From Enoplolaimus lenunculus (lineage: Eukaryota), in the NCBI GenBank assembly GCA_030248215.1, contig JASANG010001329.1, positions 310,001 to 374,000 of the forward strand: a stretch of 64,000 nucleotides of DNA, given 5' to 3'. Position 1 is the stretch's first letter; the number at the start of each line of letters is the position of its first letter. The notes under the pieces were generated by a model that saw nothing but the letters and a program-made list of their open reading frames with translations, was not told where the DNA came from and did not search any database. The position numbers were made by a program, and so were the translations under genes. Positions 38,362 to 51,758 of this stretch are shown here, in pieces.

Positions 38362-41178
38362 TTTTTCGTTTTAATTTGGTGAAACCCTATGGCAATACTG
38401 GAACAGCCACCCCCATACCCCACATCTGGGAGGCACCCCAACAAGGGGCTTTACCCTAACAAGTTTTTGAACAAAAAAATAGCACTTGATATTCATCAGA
38501 ATTTGAAATATACTTTGATTTTCACAAGGAGCCTCTACCCTGGACTTTTGGGGGCTCCACCCTAGCTGGCTCCTGCCCTACCTTTGGCAAACGCGCGTTT
38601 TCCCAACCCTTGGCAAACGCTCGTTTTCCAATGCGTGATAGAAACTTTGGTAAAAAGTTGGCGATAACTATGGTGTGCTTCTGAAACTTTTAGACTTTCA
38701 CCAACTGACAGCAACAGCAGCTCATGTTGGGGTGGGAACCATGCGTTCATAAATTCGAACCGTGGCAGCTATTCTATTAGACATTTCCGCAATCAGAAAT
38801 TGTTCAGTAGAACGCGAAAAAAAGAACTTGTTGAGGTTAGGGAAACGTATGCGTACCATAGAATTTTTTGACTCTAGAAAATTTTTTGGATCAGAGCTGT
38901 GAATATACCCGTAAGACCGGTTGCGTCCACTATCGCCCCGGCTTTTTTAGTCGCGGTCCTACTATTAATAATTTAGCGTCCAGTTTTGTGGTTCAGACCA
39001 AAATGACCAAACCTGCACGCTGTGCAGTAAATGACAGTGGCAGTGTTTTAATGTGATTGTTATTTTTGTATTGTTTTTATTTCAATTAATTTTATACTAC
39101 AGAGTCTTATATATGTTCAGCTTTTGTGCGTTTAGCTCAGTTTAAGGGTCGCGCTATACTTTTGATGATGAACGGCGGCGCTGTCCGTCACCGTCCTGCG
39201 CCGTCCGTTACTATTCGGTGCCGTATTATAACTCACACGTGTATTGACGCAAGGCACATCATATCACTTTGTAAACAAAAGTTTTTAGTATAGTGCCACC
39301 CTTTTGATGATCCCGTAATTATTTAGCCTAAACGATTTGATCAACATTTTGGTAGCGAAAATCAGAACTTTAAAATTTTAATAGCGTCTTTATACAACAT
39401 TAGAGTGAAGAATTAGTATTAGCTGTTTTGAGGTAACAATTTTGGCTTACAAACCGCGAATATTTCTTCGATTCCTGAGACATAAACAGGTTATGATCTG
39501 GGTTAATAACTTGATTGTTTTCATTAAGTTTTAAATTTGTTATATTATTTAGCATCAATTTAGCTTTATTACGTAGGATTTTGCAAGAAATATCCAGCTT
39601 TTAGCTACATTGCATTCGCTTAAGTTATTGTATTTAAATTATGGATTGATTTTATCATCATAAATATGTTTTGTATTTTTAAATGTCTATATTTCAATAT
39701 GGTAGTGACGGTTTTGCTAATTAGTGATTATAGTTGTCTCAACAAAGGTTTAAGATAGCAAATATATCGTCGTAAAGGCCCTTTAGTCAGAGTCAAGCCC
39801 CAACGTGTGAGTTCTCGTGACCCAATATCATTCACCAGACCACGTATGACGTGTCCGCAGGTTTACATAACGACGTCACTGTGTCCATAAGCCTAAGCCT
39901 ACGCCAAGCAAAAAATTAGTCTAAAGCTTAAGCTTACTCTATTGCAGTCCCACAAAAAAACTTTCCGCCCCTGATCTTTACATGGGCCTAACTTATGAAC
40001 GATTTGTTTTGTTTATGGTTGGTTGACTTTACATTATATATTCTGTGATGATTAATTGTTATAGGAAAAAATAAACGAGTTACAGAAAAGTCAGTCAGTT
40101 AAAAATTTAAATCGTTTACTGAACCTAATAAAGGTAACAAAAACAATTTATGCAATGAAAGCAAAAATTGTCAGCGCGCGAAGGATTTCCTTAATATTTG
40201 AACAAGTCGTTAACTGTTAGCTTTAAGCCAGTGCAGCTACAGAAGGTGGTGACAGGAGTGACTTTACTGGACTTAAATTTTCGCCTCAAAACCTGGATTG
40301 GTCCGAATCGGCTGAATTTTATCCAATTTCTTGCTTTAACATTAAACTGAGGTTTATTTTGCAAATAATTAGGAATTTAGACTGTTTCAGTCCAGTGTAG
40401 AGTGTAGACCTGAGTCTAGACCTGGGACGGTTCGTTTTCCTGCGGGACTGCAATAGAGTCAGCTTAAGCTTTAGACTAATTTTTGCTTAGGCTTAGGCAT
40501 AGACTTACTCTCACGCTTACGATTAGGCTTTCAGGCTTAGGGAGGACTATGCTTGTACACTGTTACGGCTTTGTTCTATACATTGGTCGTTTGTACTATA
40601 CTTTCAAATATGGCAAAACTGATGTTATAACTTGCACATAAGAATAGATTGATCTCTACTTTTGAAATTTGGAAAAACACGCACAAGCACATTGTATTCA
40701 TGTGCCATTGGTCGCGGAGCGTCTTTTGATCTGGGTTGCAGTGGCAGAATAATCATATCGGTTACCTGCAGAATTTCGGTTTGAATATCTGATTAGTAAA
40801 TGCAAAACGTTGAGTTGTTATGTGTGTCTATAGTTGCACTACTTACAAACAGATAATGGAAAATTTATTCAAAAACCAGCAGTTTTTAAGTAACTTTCTC
40901 AGAATTCTAATTTCGTTTTAACCTCGTACAAAAGAAGCCGATGATCGTCAACTAAATCAGTTCTTCAATTCCAACAAAATGCACAAAGCACAATTTATTT
41001 TTACACATCGTGACATTGCCACATATTAACTCAATTTGGTATTATTTATTAATCCACAAAACTGCGTGAGCGACATCTATTTTAAGGTTATGGTTGGTAA
41101 TTGCGTTTTTGTCCGTTTCACATTTCCTGGTTGGGAAACAGAAGAACTAGTGATGTATAGAGCTTAGTAAGCAAACCC

Positions 41179-41456
41179 GGCCAATGTTATTTTAATGGGC
41201 GTAACAAGAGATTAAGCGTATTCCTAAGCCTGAGCCTAAGCGTTGCAAAAATGAGTTCCTAAGCCTAAGCCTAAGCCTACGCCTACGCGTGAGCAAAAAA
41301 TATAACCCAGAATCGAAACCTACTCTTTTATAGAACCACTAGAAACCTGGACGCCATGTAAAGTAACATTATAGAACCACCAGAAACCTAAACGCCCCGT
41401 AAAGTCACATTATAGAACCACCAGAAACCTGGACGCTCCTTAAAGTAATGTGGGCC
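41179..41456. mobile_element. Merlin-like telomeric-repeat MITE with a triplicated 41-bp subterminal segment
   Basis: GGCCAATGTTATTTTAATGGGCG start, (GCCTAA)n tracts, TATAGAACCAC.AGAAACCT..ACGC....AAAGT x3 (41329-41450), end TGGGCC. Confidence 0.8.
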
Positions 41457-42178
41457 GCGAACAATACTAACCAGGGTGTCAACGACTATATAAGTAGTAA
41501 AATAGCTTTAACGGAAATGTCGAAGTATAAAAGTTTCATAGCTGTTTTATTGTTCTGCAATACAATTCAGATATGCAAGCATTCACCGGGCTTTCTAAAC
41601 TTTATAAACAAAAAATTGTGGATGCACTGAAATTATTAAGATTTAGGATTTCGTAACTTTTACTGCTACTTTATACTGAGTGTCGTGTGAGGAAATGGTA
41701 TTCAAAAACAGTGAACCGTCGATGAGAAATGATAGTTATTGAGTGTCAATAGAACTTGCAGTGTATTTGTTCTTGGTTTAGCTTGTTCCTCGACCTAGGC
41801 CTATACGTAAGGATATGTTCAAATCCAAAGCATAAACTCGCCCAGGAATAAACCGTTCAGTAAAAATGTTAACCTGCTAGAAGTCGTAGCTTCCATTGCT
41901 GTCAACCGACAAAATTGAGCTACTTACAAGCAAGGATAGACCGTAAACTTAAAATACGGCACTATTGAGGAAAACATAAACACCTAATTAATTTCGAAAA
42001 GATGAACGGCTGAAAACGGGTACAAAATTAAAACTGGAAGCATAAAAATATTTTAACCTATTCCATTATTGAGTGCCTGAGTACCTGCTGTGAATATTGC
42101 GAACTGTGTATACTCGAACATCAAGCTCTTATGTACACCTAAATGGTGATGGTAAATCTCTCATCACTTCCGAGCTGT

Positions 42179-42339
42179 GGCTCATATAAAGATCAGGGGC
42201 GGAACGTTTTTCTGTGAGACTAGAAAAAAGTAAGCTTAAGCTTTAGACTAATTTTTTTGGTTGGCATAGGCTCTAGGCTTAGGCTTAGGTGTAGAAATAT
42301 GCTTATAACACTGTTCCCCCTGTTCTTTTTACATTGGCC
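42179..42339. mobile_element. Merlin-like telomeric-repeat MITE (GATCAGGGGCGG subfamily)
   Basis: GGCTCATATAAAGATCAGGGGCGG ... TACATTGGCC, TSD CGAGCTGT/CAAGCTGT. Relatives at ~10917, 39880-39988, ~40424, 43808-43961, ~46461 and ~53371. Confidence 0.8.
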
Positions 42340-42412
42340 CAAGCTGTTGTAGGTTCAACCCGTTAGCTTTCAGATTTAAATGAATAAAAAATTTATGCTG
42401 GAAAGGGTTAAT

Positions 42413-44091
42413 TCAAGCATATTTTATACAACTGCGAACGTTAAAGCTGATTGGATTGCGCGCTTTCACGTGGTTCCATAACGATGCGCCGTTCGGACAC
42501 GCTTGAACGCATAGCTCAAACGCACGGTACGCAATACATAAATCTGCTTTGCTTTCATATTCGTCAATTATTTGATACAGTGGTGCCATACACTGCCGTG
42601 CGCACGCATCCATTGCGCCTGAAATAAATTACAACCTCAACAGGTAATTTTCATTATAGATTTTATCATTCGTGAGATTCGTGAGTGCAAATCCCAGCTT
42701 GCAGACACGGATTTCAAGAATTTCTGACATGGCGGTAGGCTAGCAAATATTATGAAATGCAATTTTTACTGTATATGGTGCAATCGGAATTCCGGTTCCG
42801 GCAGCGAAATCTAGTATTTTTCACTATCCGGTTCCGGTAATAAATGCTGTATTTTTTACCAGAATTTTCCGGTATTTGTGCATCGAAAGTTTTTCTCATT
42901 CAAAAATTTAAGAAAAATTGGCATATTATTCTAACTTATTTTTCTAAAACTGTCTGAGCGCGTATTGGCTAAATTCTACATTTGTTTCAGGATTTTGGCA
43001 TTCTAAGTGGTATGTTCACACCATCAAAAGCGATAAAATAGCTTTACAAATGAGTTTTTTGTAACAAGTGTATTTTGTTTTGATGTTTTGGCTCCGGTTC
43101 CGGTATTTTTTAACATTCCGGTTTCGGTATTTTACAATTTCGGTTGCACCTTACTGTATAGGGAACTTATCATGTTTACAAGGTTAGGAACATTACCATT
43201 TTTTATCACCAAAAAATTTCTCTGGGGAAAAATTGTAAGATAGTGGCGACATAATCATTTTTTGACAAAAATACCCCTCATAGACAAAATTTTACGGTAA
43301 AGGCTTACTATTTTATCACAAAAATATTCTGACGAATTGTGCACGCCCGTACACACCCCCCCCCGTTCAATCCCTCTTGATCAGCTAGTGCCAGCTTGAA
43401 ATTGAATCTTAGGTAAATTTATAAAAATATTCTTGCTACAAATAGCTGATAGCCTCACAAACGATTACGTTTAGAATTTGGAAGATATATCGATGCTTTG
43501 AAACTTCAATAGCAAGACTAGCTTGAAGGTTGCGTTACACTTCTCTGTGCCGCGAAATGCCGCACGGCGTAGTCTGCCATTGCTCGTTACCAGATGACGC
43601 GGTTCGCTGCCGACAGACACCGTGCGATACCGCGCATTACACATAAAAATAAGTTTTAGATGTACAGCACTGCAACGTGGATTTCTTAAATTTATTTGAC
43701 ATATGGCAAAAACTGTTTATTGACTAGAAAAGATTCAATGACATGACTCGCTGCTGTCATCCCAAGATTAAACATAGGACCTTTAACGGTAATGCATTTA
43801 AACTTTTGGCGAGGGCTGTTTCTCTGCGCAACTGTAATAGAGACCGCTTAAGCTTTACACTATTTTTTGCTTAGGCTTAGGTATAAGCTCATTCTTACAC
43901 TCAGGCTTAAGCTTAGGAATATAATTTTACTACTGTTACGACCCTGTTCTATACATTGGCCGTAAGCCCCAACGTATCAAAAAAAGTTTTTAAATCAACA
44001 CTGGTTAAACCTGTTTTGTCGAAACTTTACCTGAACTATATTGAAATGCCAAAATCAAGACCGTTCCAATGAACAAAACTGTTAGTCGCAT
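42413..44091 (-). CDS. Small secreted cysteine-rich protein (exons 44091-44031 and 42618-42413; ~88 aa, 3' end uncertain)
   Basis: Exon 1 MRLTVLFIGTVLILAFQYSS looks like a signal peptide and ends at donor gtaaag. Acceptor tatttcag is in matching phase 1, then GAMDACARQCMAPLYQIIDEYESKADLCIAYRAFELCVQACPNG...SC. Confidence 0.65.
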
Positions 44092-44739
44092 AATTCAATG
44101 TATCTTAATACAAATTATTAATTAATTAACCTTTTTCAAAGTTTAAAAGTATTAATTAGCACAAACAAACAGCTGTTGCAGGCTAAAATATCTTTAGTAA
44201 ATAATGTAAAAACTCTTATGAACCATATCAGAATTATGCTATCTGTGCAATCCTTATTAGGGATATGCAGAATCCTATTGATTAAGACTCAAAATGAAGC
44301 GTTCATCGAGTTACCTCCAAGCTCTTATTTGGATGACTAAAGTGATTTCATTTCCGGTACATAATTCTTCAGCACCACTAACCATTTGCTGTATAGCGTG
44401 TCGTAAGCAACTAATTGCAACGTGCACACATGCAATAAACACACAGTGCAGCTGCGCGATGATTGACGCATACGTAAAAATGCTTTGTGCAATTAAAATA
44501 TCGTCAAGCGCTTACAGTTAAATGGTGATACTGAACACATACTACTAGCTTGCAACTAAAATTTGAAAGGATACGGAAATTTTTTATGTAGGACAAGATT
44601 AAACGTTCTTTCTGTTTGAACTATGAATGGTGTACCTAATCCATACGTTTCATTTTGATTAAATTTGCCATAAGTGATCCTGTGCCAAATTGCATAAAAC
44701 GCTTCCGGATATAAAGTAAGTGGTCTAAATTTCCTGTAG

Positions 44740-45108
44740 ACCAACCGGATCCTTAGTAACATTCTAAAAATTTGGCATCCATTTAAGACAACCAGATCCT
44801 TAGTAACTTCCTAAAAATCCTGGATCCATCCAAGTTAATCGGATCCTTAATAACGTGCTAAAAATCATGGTTCCATCGAAGTCATTCAGATCTTTAATAA
44901 TTTCATAAAAATTCAGCATCCATCCAAGTCAACCGGATCCTTAACAACTTCCTAAAAATCCTAGATCTATCCAAGTCAACCGGATCCATAATAACGTCCT
45001 AAAAATCCTGTATCCATCGAAGTCAACCGGATCCTTAAAAACTTCCTAAAAATCCTGGATCCATCCAAGTGAACTGGATCCTTTAAAACATCCTAAAAAT
45101 CCTGGATC
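44740..45108. repeat. 47-bp tandem minisatellite, ~8 copies
   Basis: Consensus ~CCAAGTCAACCGGATCCTTAATAACTTCCTAAAAATCCTGGATCCAT, period 47. Confidence 0.9.
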
Positions 45109-47272
45109 ATTTCGCTGTTTCTTTTCATAGAAACAAATTGAATACAATCATTGAACTAAGACCGCTAAAACTGACAGCTTACCAGCTCAATTACTTAATA
45201 TTATTGCGCAGTAAACGTGGAAACTATACCAATCGAAGATATAAATTATTGCCGTTACTGTAACTCCCAATTGTTCCGGTCGTCTAATTTAGGCAAATTA
45301 TTCCCACGGGCCTCTAGTCGTTTAATACGATACCGTTTGTTATAAAGAGTGTCGTAAAACCATTTAGCTGATTTGCTTTAAAGTTAGGCACGCTATACAA
45401 ATACAACTATTTTTTCTATTTAAGCTTATTGTTCTTAAAAATTATATTTAGGTAAAATATATTGTATCTTTATTGACAAGTTTGAGTTAAGTGGGTACAG
45501 TTGCACTCTCCGGCGGTTCCGTAAAACAGTTTCAGATACGTAGGTTGGTTAAGTATATGGAGCACGAAATTGACAAATTTCAGCTACTCCTCATTAAAAA
45601 TCTTTTCCACCGGACGCTATTTGCACGTAACAACCCAATATTCTGGCAGTGCTTATATATAAAGTATAATGTCCTGGAATAAGACGGTAATATGCGCACG
45701 TAAAGTTCAAGCTTTAATCCAAAAACATATTAATCGCATTATTTTATCAAGAAAGAAATACAATTATTTTTCCTAAAGTTTATGGATCTGTTAAAATTAT
45801 TGTTATTTTTCTATTTTAAACCATTTATGAACCGACCTTATTTCTACAACCCGCAGCTATACCTTTATTATTTACCAGCGATTTTACCAGTACATAGGTT
45901 GTATTGGCATTGAAACAAGGGCCTATATTCTTAAATGTGTAAAGCAACTATCATCAGTCAGTAATAGATTTTCAAACTCACTAACTATCGCAGCATGCTC
46001 AAAATTAGTCAGCGGTACAGCAAATCATATGCGAAAAATGTGCTGAATTTTGAGCATCAGCATTTACTGGTTCAAAAGTTACAATACCTATCACCAACGT
46101 GTGGCAGCTGCTAAACACAATTAAGTATACGGGCTAAGGTGCAAGGACATTTCTGCAAGGCGAATTTTATTCGTATGAAAATGTCATTGAGAAAGGTTAT
46201 TGCAATAACCTCAGCTCCGTAGTTAAGCCTGTAAAGCGGACGTGCTTCATCGTGTTTGGCTTGCAAAACTGCAATGAATGTTCATCAGTACTCTGTCCAA
46301 CTCGAAAGGATACGAGTCCCGGATTTTCAGTGACCCAAACAGATATTCTAGCGGTGCCCCATGGTTTCAATAACGGAACCAAATCAGATCATCTTGTTCG
46401 TAAAAATAAAGGATCTATGCGGCAGTGTTGGAAACTGGGAAAAACCAACGAAAAGAACGGGTTTATGTAAATATCAGGGGCGTATAGTTTTTCTGCGGAA
46501 CTGAATAGAGTAAGCATAAGCTTTAGACTAATTTTTTGGCTTGGTTTAGACTTTGGCTTACGCTTTAGGCTTAGGGATATGCTCATTCTTATGCTTGGTT
46601 TTACGATTCTCTTTTGCTTAATTGCCAGGGTCATTCATTTACTAGATTTTGTAATACTTGTTTCATTGGATATGCCACGCATTTTTGCAAGTTGTGTTCA
46701 TTGTAGCCGTGATTGAGCTGAATTGGAAAAAGACGGTAATGTCTGTTGTTTCATCATAAAGGCCAATTTTGTTTACGATATGAATCCTATTTCTTTGATA
46801 TTAAAATCACTTGTGCATATATGATAACATGTAGACCGGTATAATGAATAGTGAGTGACCTGTTCTGCTTTGTCCGCGGATCGAATCAAAACTTTCATGA
46901 AACTGATGGAAAATCAAGTGACGTAGGTCGCTTAGTTTCTGCATCATACCGCTCAGTTGTGATACTTGTTCAAAAGAATAATTTGCTCGTGTTGTTATTT
47001 TATTAGCGACAATTATTATATCTCATACATGGTACTTGCCCTTTACTTAGGAATTACATTTCGCTTCGCATTTGAATTCCTTTCTTCAGATTCACAAGAC
47101 AATTACCGTCAAGTGATAATGTGCTCGCTGGAGTCGGTCGTAGAAATTGTATTATAAATACCATAGCGATATTAATAGTTTTTAACAACCCCTTCTTTGG
47201 GGACTTTGAGGTATGGTTTCTTATTGTTACTTAATACTTATTAATTCATCCCGATTTAAGTGTTATCAACAA

Positions 47273-47534
47273 TGGCCTTGTTTCTGAAACCCTACATAAG
47301 TACGATTTAGTATACTTAAGTACGTGCTAAGTAATTACTTATCCATTTTGTCGTTTTCAAAAGCTGCTGAATCTAATGAAATACTTAGGTCGTTGTCTAA
47401 ATTTGATATATTACTGATTAACAGTTCAGGCATACTAACCTTGGTCTAATTGAATTTGTACGCTCATGGTGTGTTCTTATTTACTTAAAAATAACATAAG
47501 TAAAATACTTAAGCAAGATTTCAGAAACCCAGCC
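47273..47534. mobile_element. MITE with GGCTGGGTTTCTGAAA-type TIRs
   Basis: GGCCTTGTTTCTGAAAC ... TTTCAGAAACCCAGCC. Relatives at ~6463-7000, ~23482 and ~57105-57236; the interior is rich in CTTAAG/TAAGTA. Confidence 0.6.
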
Positions 47535-47892
47535 ATTATGAGTCCGAAGGATGATGTTAAAATATCAGTGGTTCCAGCTGGAGGTGAAGTAGAAATTGGC
47601 ATAAAGAATAATGCTGAGAACTTGCTAATTTTAGTAATTTGCGAAATGCTTCCTTTCTGTGACAAATTTCTATATATATAAATTTAAAGCTTCCAAAATT
47701 ACCTTAGTTACAAACAAACTCATTGAAAGTAATTAGTTGTATAAAAATACAAATATAGAATATAGAGCACGTCAGATTGTTCCCCGATATCCAGTCTTTA
47801 GTTGTGGGAAATTAATTAAACTTTGAACTATCGAACTCGAATCGATGACTAGAATTAGATTGAAACATTTAGCGCAACGGTTTCAGGACAAC

Positions 47893-48284
47893 CAGTGGCG
47901 GATCCAGGATCTCAAAATGGGGGGGGGGGCAAAATTTCACAGGTAATAAACTTAGTTTGGACCCATACTGTAGTGACCCAAATAAGAGGGGGTCCCCATT
48001 TTGAGTCCCAATTAATAGGAGTTCGCATCCCTAATAAAAGTCCGTAAGCGGGTAGAGTCCTTAAACCCTTGTTAGAGTCCATAAATCTCTATTATCCCTA
48101 ATTGTAGCGCATAAATCACTCCAGGGCCAAATAAAGGTGAGTTCAAAACTTTAAAGCGTGCTTATACTATTATGTATTAAACAGAGAAATAAACAGCGTA
48201 GAACAGCAACTGACACTATATAATTTTTGTCGAGATGCTGTTGGGGGGGCACGGCCGGGGTGGCCCCCCATGGATCCGCCATTG
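47893..48284. mobile_element. hAT-like MITE with a nested CTGTAGTGACCC fragment
   Basis: CAGTGGCGGATCCA ... TGGATCCGCCATTG, with perfect 8-bp TSD AGGACAAC. Same family as 25318-25746, in the opposite orientation. Confidence 0.8.
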
Positions 48285-51200
48285 AGGACAACTAGTTGCC
48301 ATAATATCGAATTGCTCAAAAATTTGGTTCCACACCAAAACAGATATTATGACTGGCGTTGTGAAATATAGCAGTTCAAATTTTAACTCAATTTCCGCCA
48401 CACCGGATTCAAGTGAAATGGTGCAAAACTGAGAAATCACGGTTAATTATGATATTAGCTTTGAGTGATAAACGTACTAACTAAGAAATGGGGCTATCCC
48501 AATCGCTATCGTCCTCATATAATTTCAACAGTCCAGATTTTGGCGATGGCAAAAAATATGAGCACTGAAGAACCGTTTAGCAGATACGGTTTAAAAAATA
48601 AACCCCGTATTCAGATATCACAGAATTAAAAAGGGTTTCATATTAATTTAAATGCGTCGCGACTTGTACCTGGAATTTAAAGATACCAAATCAAACAAGG
48701 TTCACATTTATCGACATTCCATAAATTCTGTAACAATAGTAAATACTGTAGTGATCTGAATTATAAGGGGTAATACGAGGGGGTCGCCATTTTTCATACT
48801 AATCAATACGAGTCCGATTCCCTAATAAGAGTCCGTAAGCGGATAAAGTCCCTAAATTCTAATTAGAGTCCATAAATGTCACTTATCCCCAATTGTAGTG
48901 TATAAATGACTCCAGCACCAAATACAGTTGAGCTCAAAACGTTAAAGCATACTTAGTTTTGGAAGTACATTCGTGTAAGTATAACCTTGCATTATCGCTT
49001 CACGTTTTAATATGAGACAAAGAAGCGTTTAATTCAACGGATATTTGCAATACCGAAAATATAAAAACAACGCAAGCCGGCTTAAAAAATGAATAACAGT
49101 TCGCAACGAAATAACACGGGGAACGCTAAATATGATAACTTAAAATGAATGTGTCAATTGGCTTCATGAATTTTAGCCTAAACCGTATTTGGGCTCTCAT
49201 ATTGGGTGCACAGACAAAACTCAAATGTCATGGACATTGGTTAACAAAAACTGCTTAACAAATGTTCATTGTATACCAGAGCACCCACGTCACATGATAC
49301 TGTGGAATATTTATGCGAATATCATAAAACGTTTCAAAAACTGGCGTCATAATGAAACACATTAATACTTCAAATTTTTGTATTATGGATGGACATTTAA
49401 ACAGGATAACATGGTTATGTTTCCGCAGTTTGCAGATAATTGCTATCATATCGTATGATACTCGCAAACATTATTGAACAATTGTGTAATAGGGACAAAA
49501 CGTGTCTCAAACTGCCTCGGTTACAACATGAACCCCGCATTAAATCCTGCCATAAAGGAAAAACAAAAAACTTGACTTTAAGGTTTTCGTTCAACTAATA
49601 TTAAATGTTCGCCAGCGTTGCAGAAGACCAATCCCTAAATAGCGTCTTTTGGCAATTTCGAATCCGTATTAGTTCACTATTAAATGCAAATACTGGCAAT
49701 TTTCCAAAAAACACTGAGTATACTTTTTTATATCCCAAACAGACGCAAAGTCTTTGGTATATTACCAGCAATTTAAAAACGTTTCGGCTTATCCTTTCGT
49801 GAACAATGAAACCTTTCGCTATGTAGCTCACTATACAAAAGCTTTCCGACAAATTTAGATCTGTAAAGGAACCGGTATTATAGAATGCGATTAAAACATC
49901 GGTTCTTAAGATAATACCGGCATGTCCGTTCACAACGGTTCAATGAGGCAGGGTTCTTATATTCGACACGTTTGCATACGGATTGGTCGAACGATGCCGT
50001 AATCCCCTCTTTGCCAACCTGTGCACGACAGCAACTGCTACCGCAATAGACGGCGATATTTACCAAAATTACCGTCATGTGATCTTACGCATGCCACAAT
50101 CATGCCCTATATGGTTTAGCGATGAAAAAGCGTTATTATCTTATCCGAAAAATTGGCAAAATGACAGTCAATTCTGCTGTTTTAAAAAAATTGCTTTTCT
50201 AAACACAGCTGATAAGGTACCAAACGAGAAATAAACAAAACCAGGGTCGGGTTTTATCTGAAAAAATTAAATCGACCGGTAAAAAACGGTGGGAATACAG
50301 AAAAACTAGAAAACGTCTGCTCGTGCTTCTACAAATACAGAGACGTTAGGTTACTAAGCCTGATGCCAAAAGAATACTAAAAGATTCACATGAGTATTCG
50401 ACTAGGTGACAACATTTTGAAATTTATAACACACACACGGTGCACTCTATAAAGGCGTCAGTGGTCTTACAAATTGCATTTGCCAGCTCAATGTTTATCA
50501 ACGCGTAACCTGCGGTAAAAAATACAGGAGCCGAAACAGGAGGTCAAAACATTCGCCGGAGCCGGAGGTGAAGCAGGAAAAGCCGGAATTCAGGCAAATT
50601 TATGTAGTTTTAAAATTATGTTTAATTTGCTAAATTTAGCAAAAGTATCTGTACGGTGCTGTTTAAATCTTTTTGTTCTCCGCTTATTTTTTACAAAATC
50701 TCTGCAATTTATTCCCAAAAATTGTCTCAAAAGTTAAAACGAAACGCACCAAACATAAAATTTTGTAAAACTATGCTGCCGAAGTCGGAGCCAGAGGCAG
50801 ACCTACAGTTTTTACCCTAGTGTCCACTAACTTATCAGTTTGAATTTTGGAAAAATCTGCTTACAGGATATATACTTGAATTCAATCAGAAGTAGAGTTC
50901 ACCAACCGTTTTAATAAGTAAATGTACTTACACTTAAGCTTAAAATGATGAACAACAAATTGCTGAGTCGACGAAATTTCGTGTTACAAGTCGTCCCTCT
51001 ACCAGTTGCGTGCCGGGCGACGAATTGTCATTGTACTAATTTTTGTTCCCTCAACTGAGGTCGAACTTTGCTCACGATGTTTGCTCACAATTCTTATTTG
51101 TTTTTAAACGCAGCATTTCCAGTCGTATAATGCGTTTATAGTTTTAACTAAACTTGATCAAATTCATGTAAAAAACGTAAGTACAAATCCTGTTTGCAAA

Positions 51201-51561
51201 TTTTTTGCCAAACTCATAACCACCCGTTTGCGGCCAGCGAGCTGACAGATGCAATTTTTAGACATGTGAACACTGTTACAGTGTGTCACGTGTATTAAAT
51301 GTTAATATATACTTGGTTATACGGTCATTGGAAACTCTTAGTATCATTTCGACACTAGACTTAGCATCCATCAACGTTTTTACATTTGTTGAAGTACAAG
51401 CACATGCTTTTCTATTTTTTTCGTTTCCTCCATTTTTTCGAAAAAAAACGGTAAAAGTAGTTAATCCGTACAAGTACGCAAATTCTAATTAATCAAATTG
51501 AACATTGGCTTATTTTTATATTGTAAACAGGACCTCAGCAAGCAGCCCTATTGACATTTGT

Positions 51562-51758
51562 GGTCCATGTGTAGAACAGGGCCGGAACAGTAGCATAAGC
51601 ATATTCCCAAGCCTAAGCCTACGCGTAAGGATGAACATATCCCTAAAACTAAGCCTAAGCCTAAGCGTAAGCTTTAGCAAAAAAATTAGTCTAAGCTTAA
51701 ACTGACTCTGTTACAGCCCCTCCAGAAAACGATCCGGCCCTGTTCTAAAACATGGGCC
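51562..51758. mobile_element. Merlin-like telomeric-repeat MITE
   Basis: GGTCCATGTGTAGAACAGGGCCGGA ... TCCGGCCCTGTTCTAAAACATGGGCC, with perfect 8-bp TSD ACATTTGT. Confidence 0.88.

Noticed and set aside
44740..45108. Possible CRISPR-like array
   Set aside because: The units are head-to-tail 47-mers with no unique spacers, no cas genes are present, and the context is eukaryotic.
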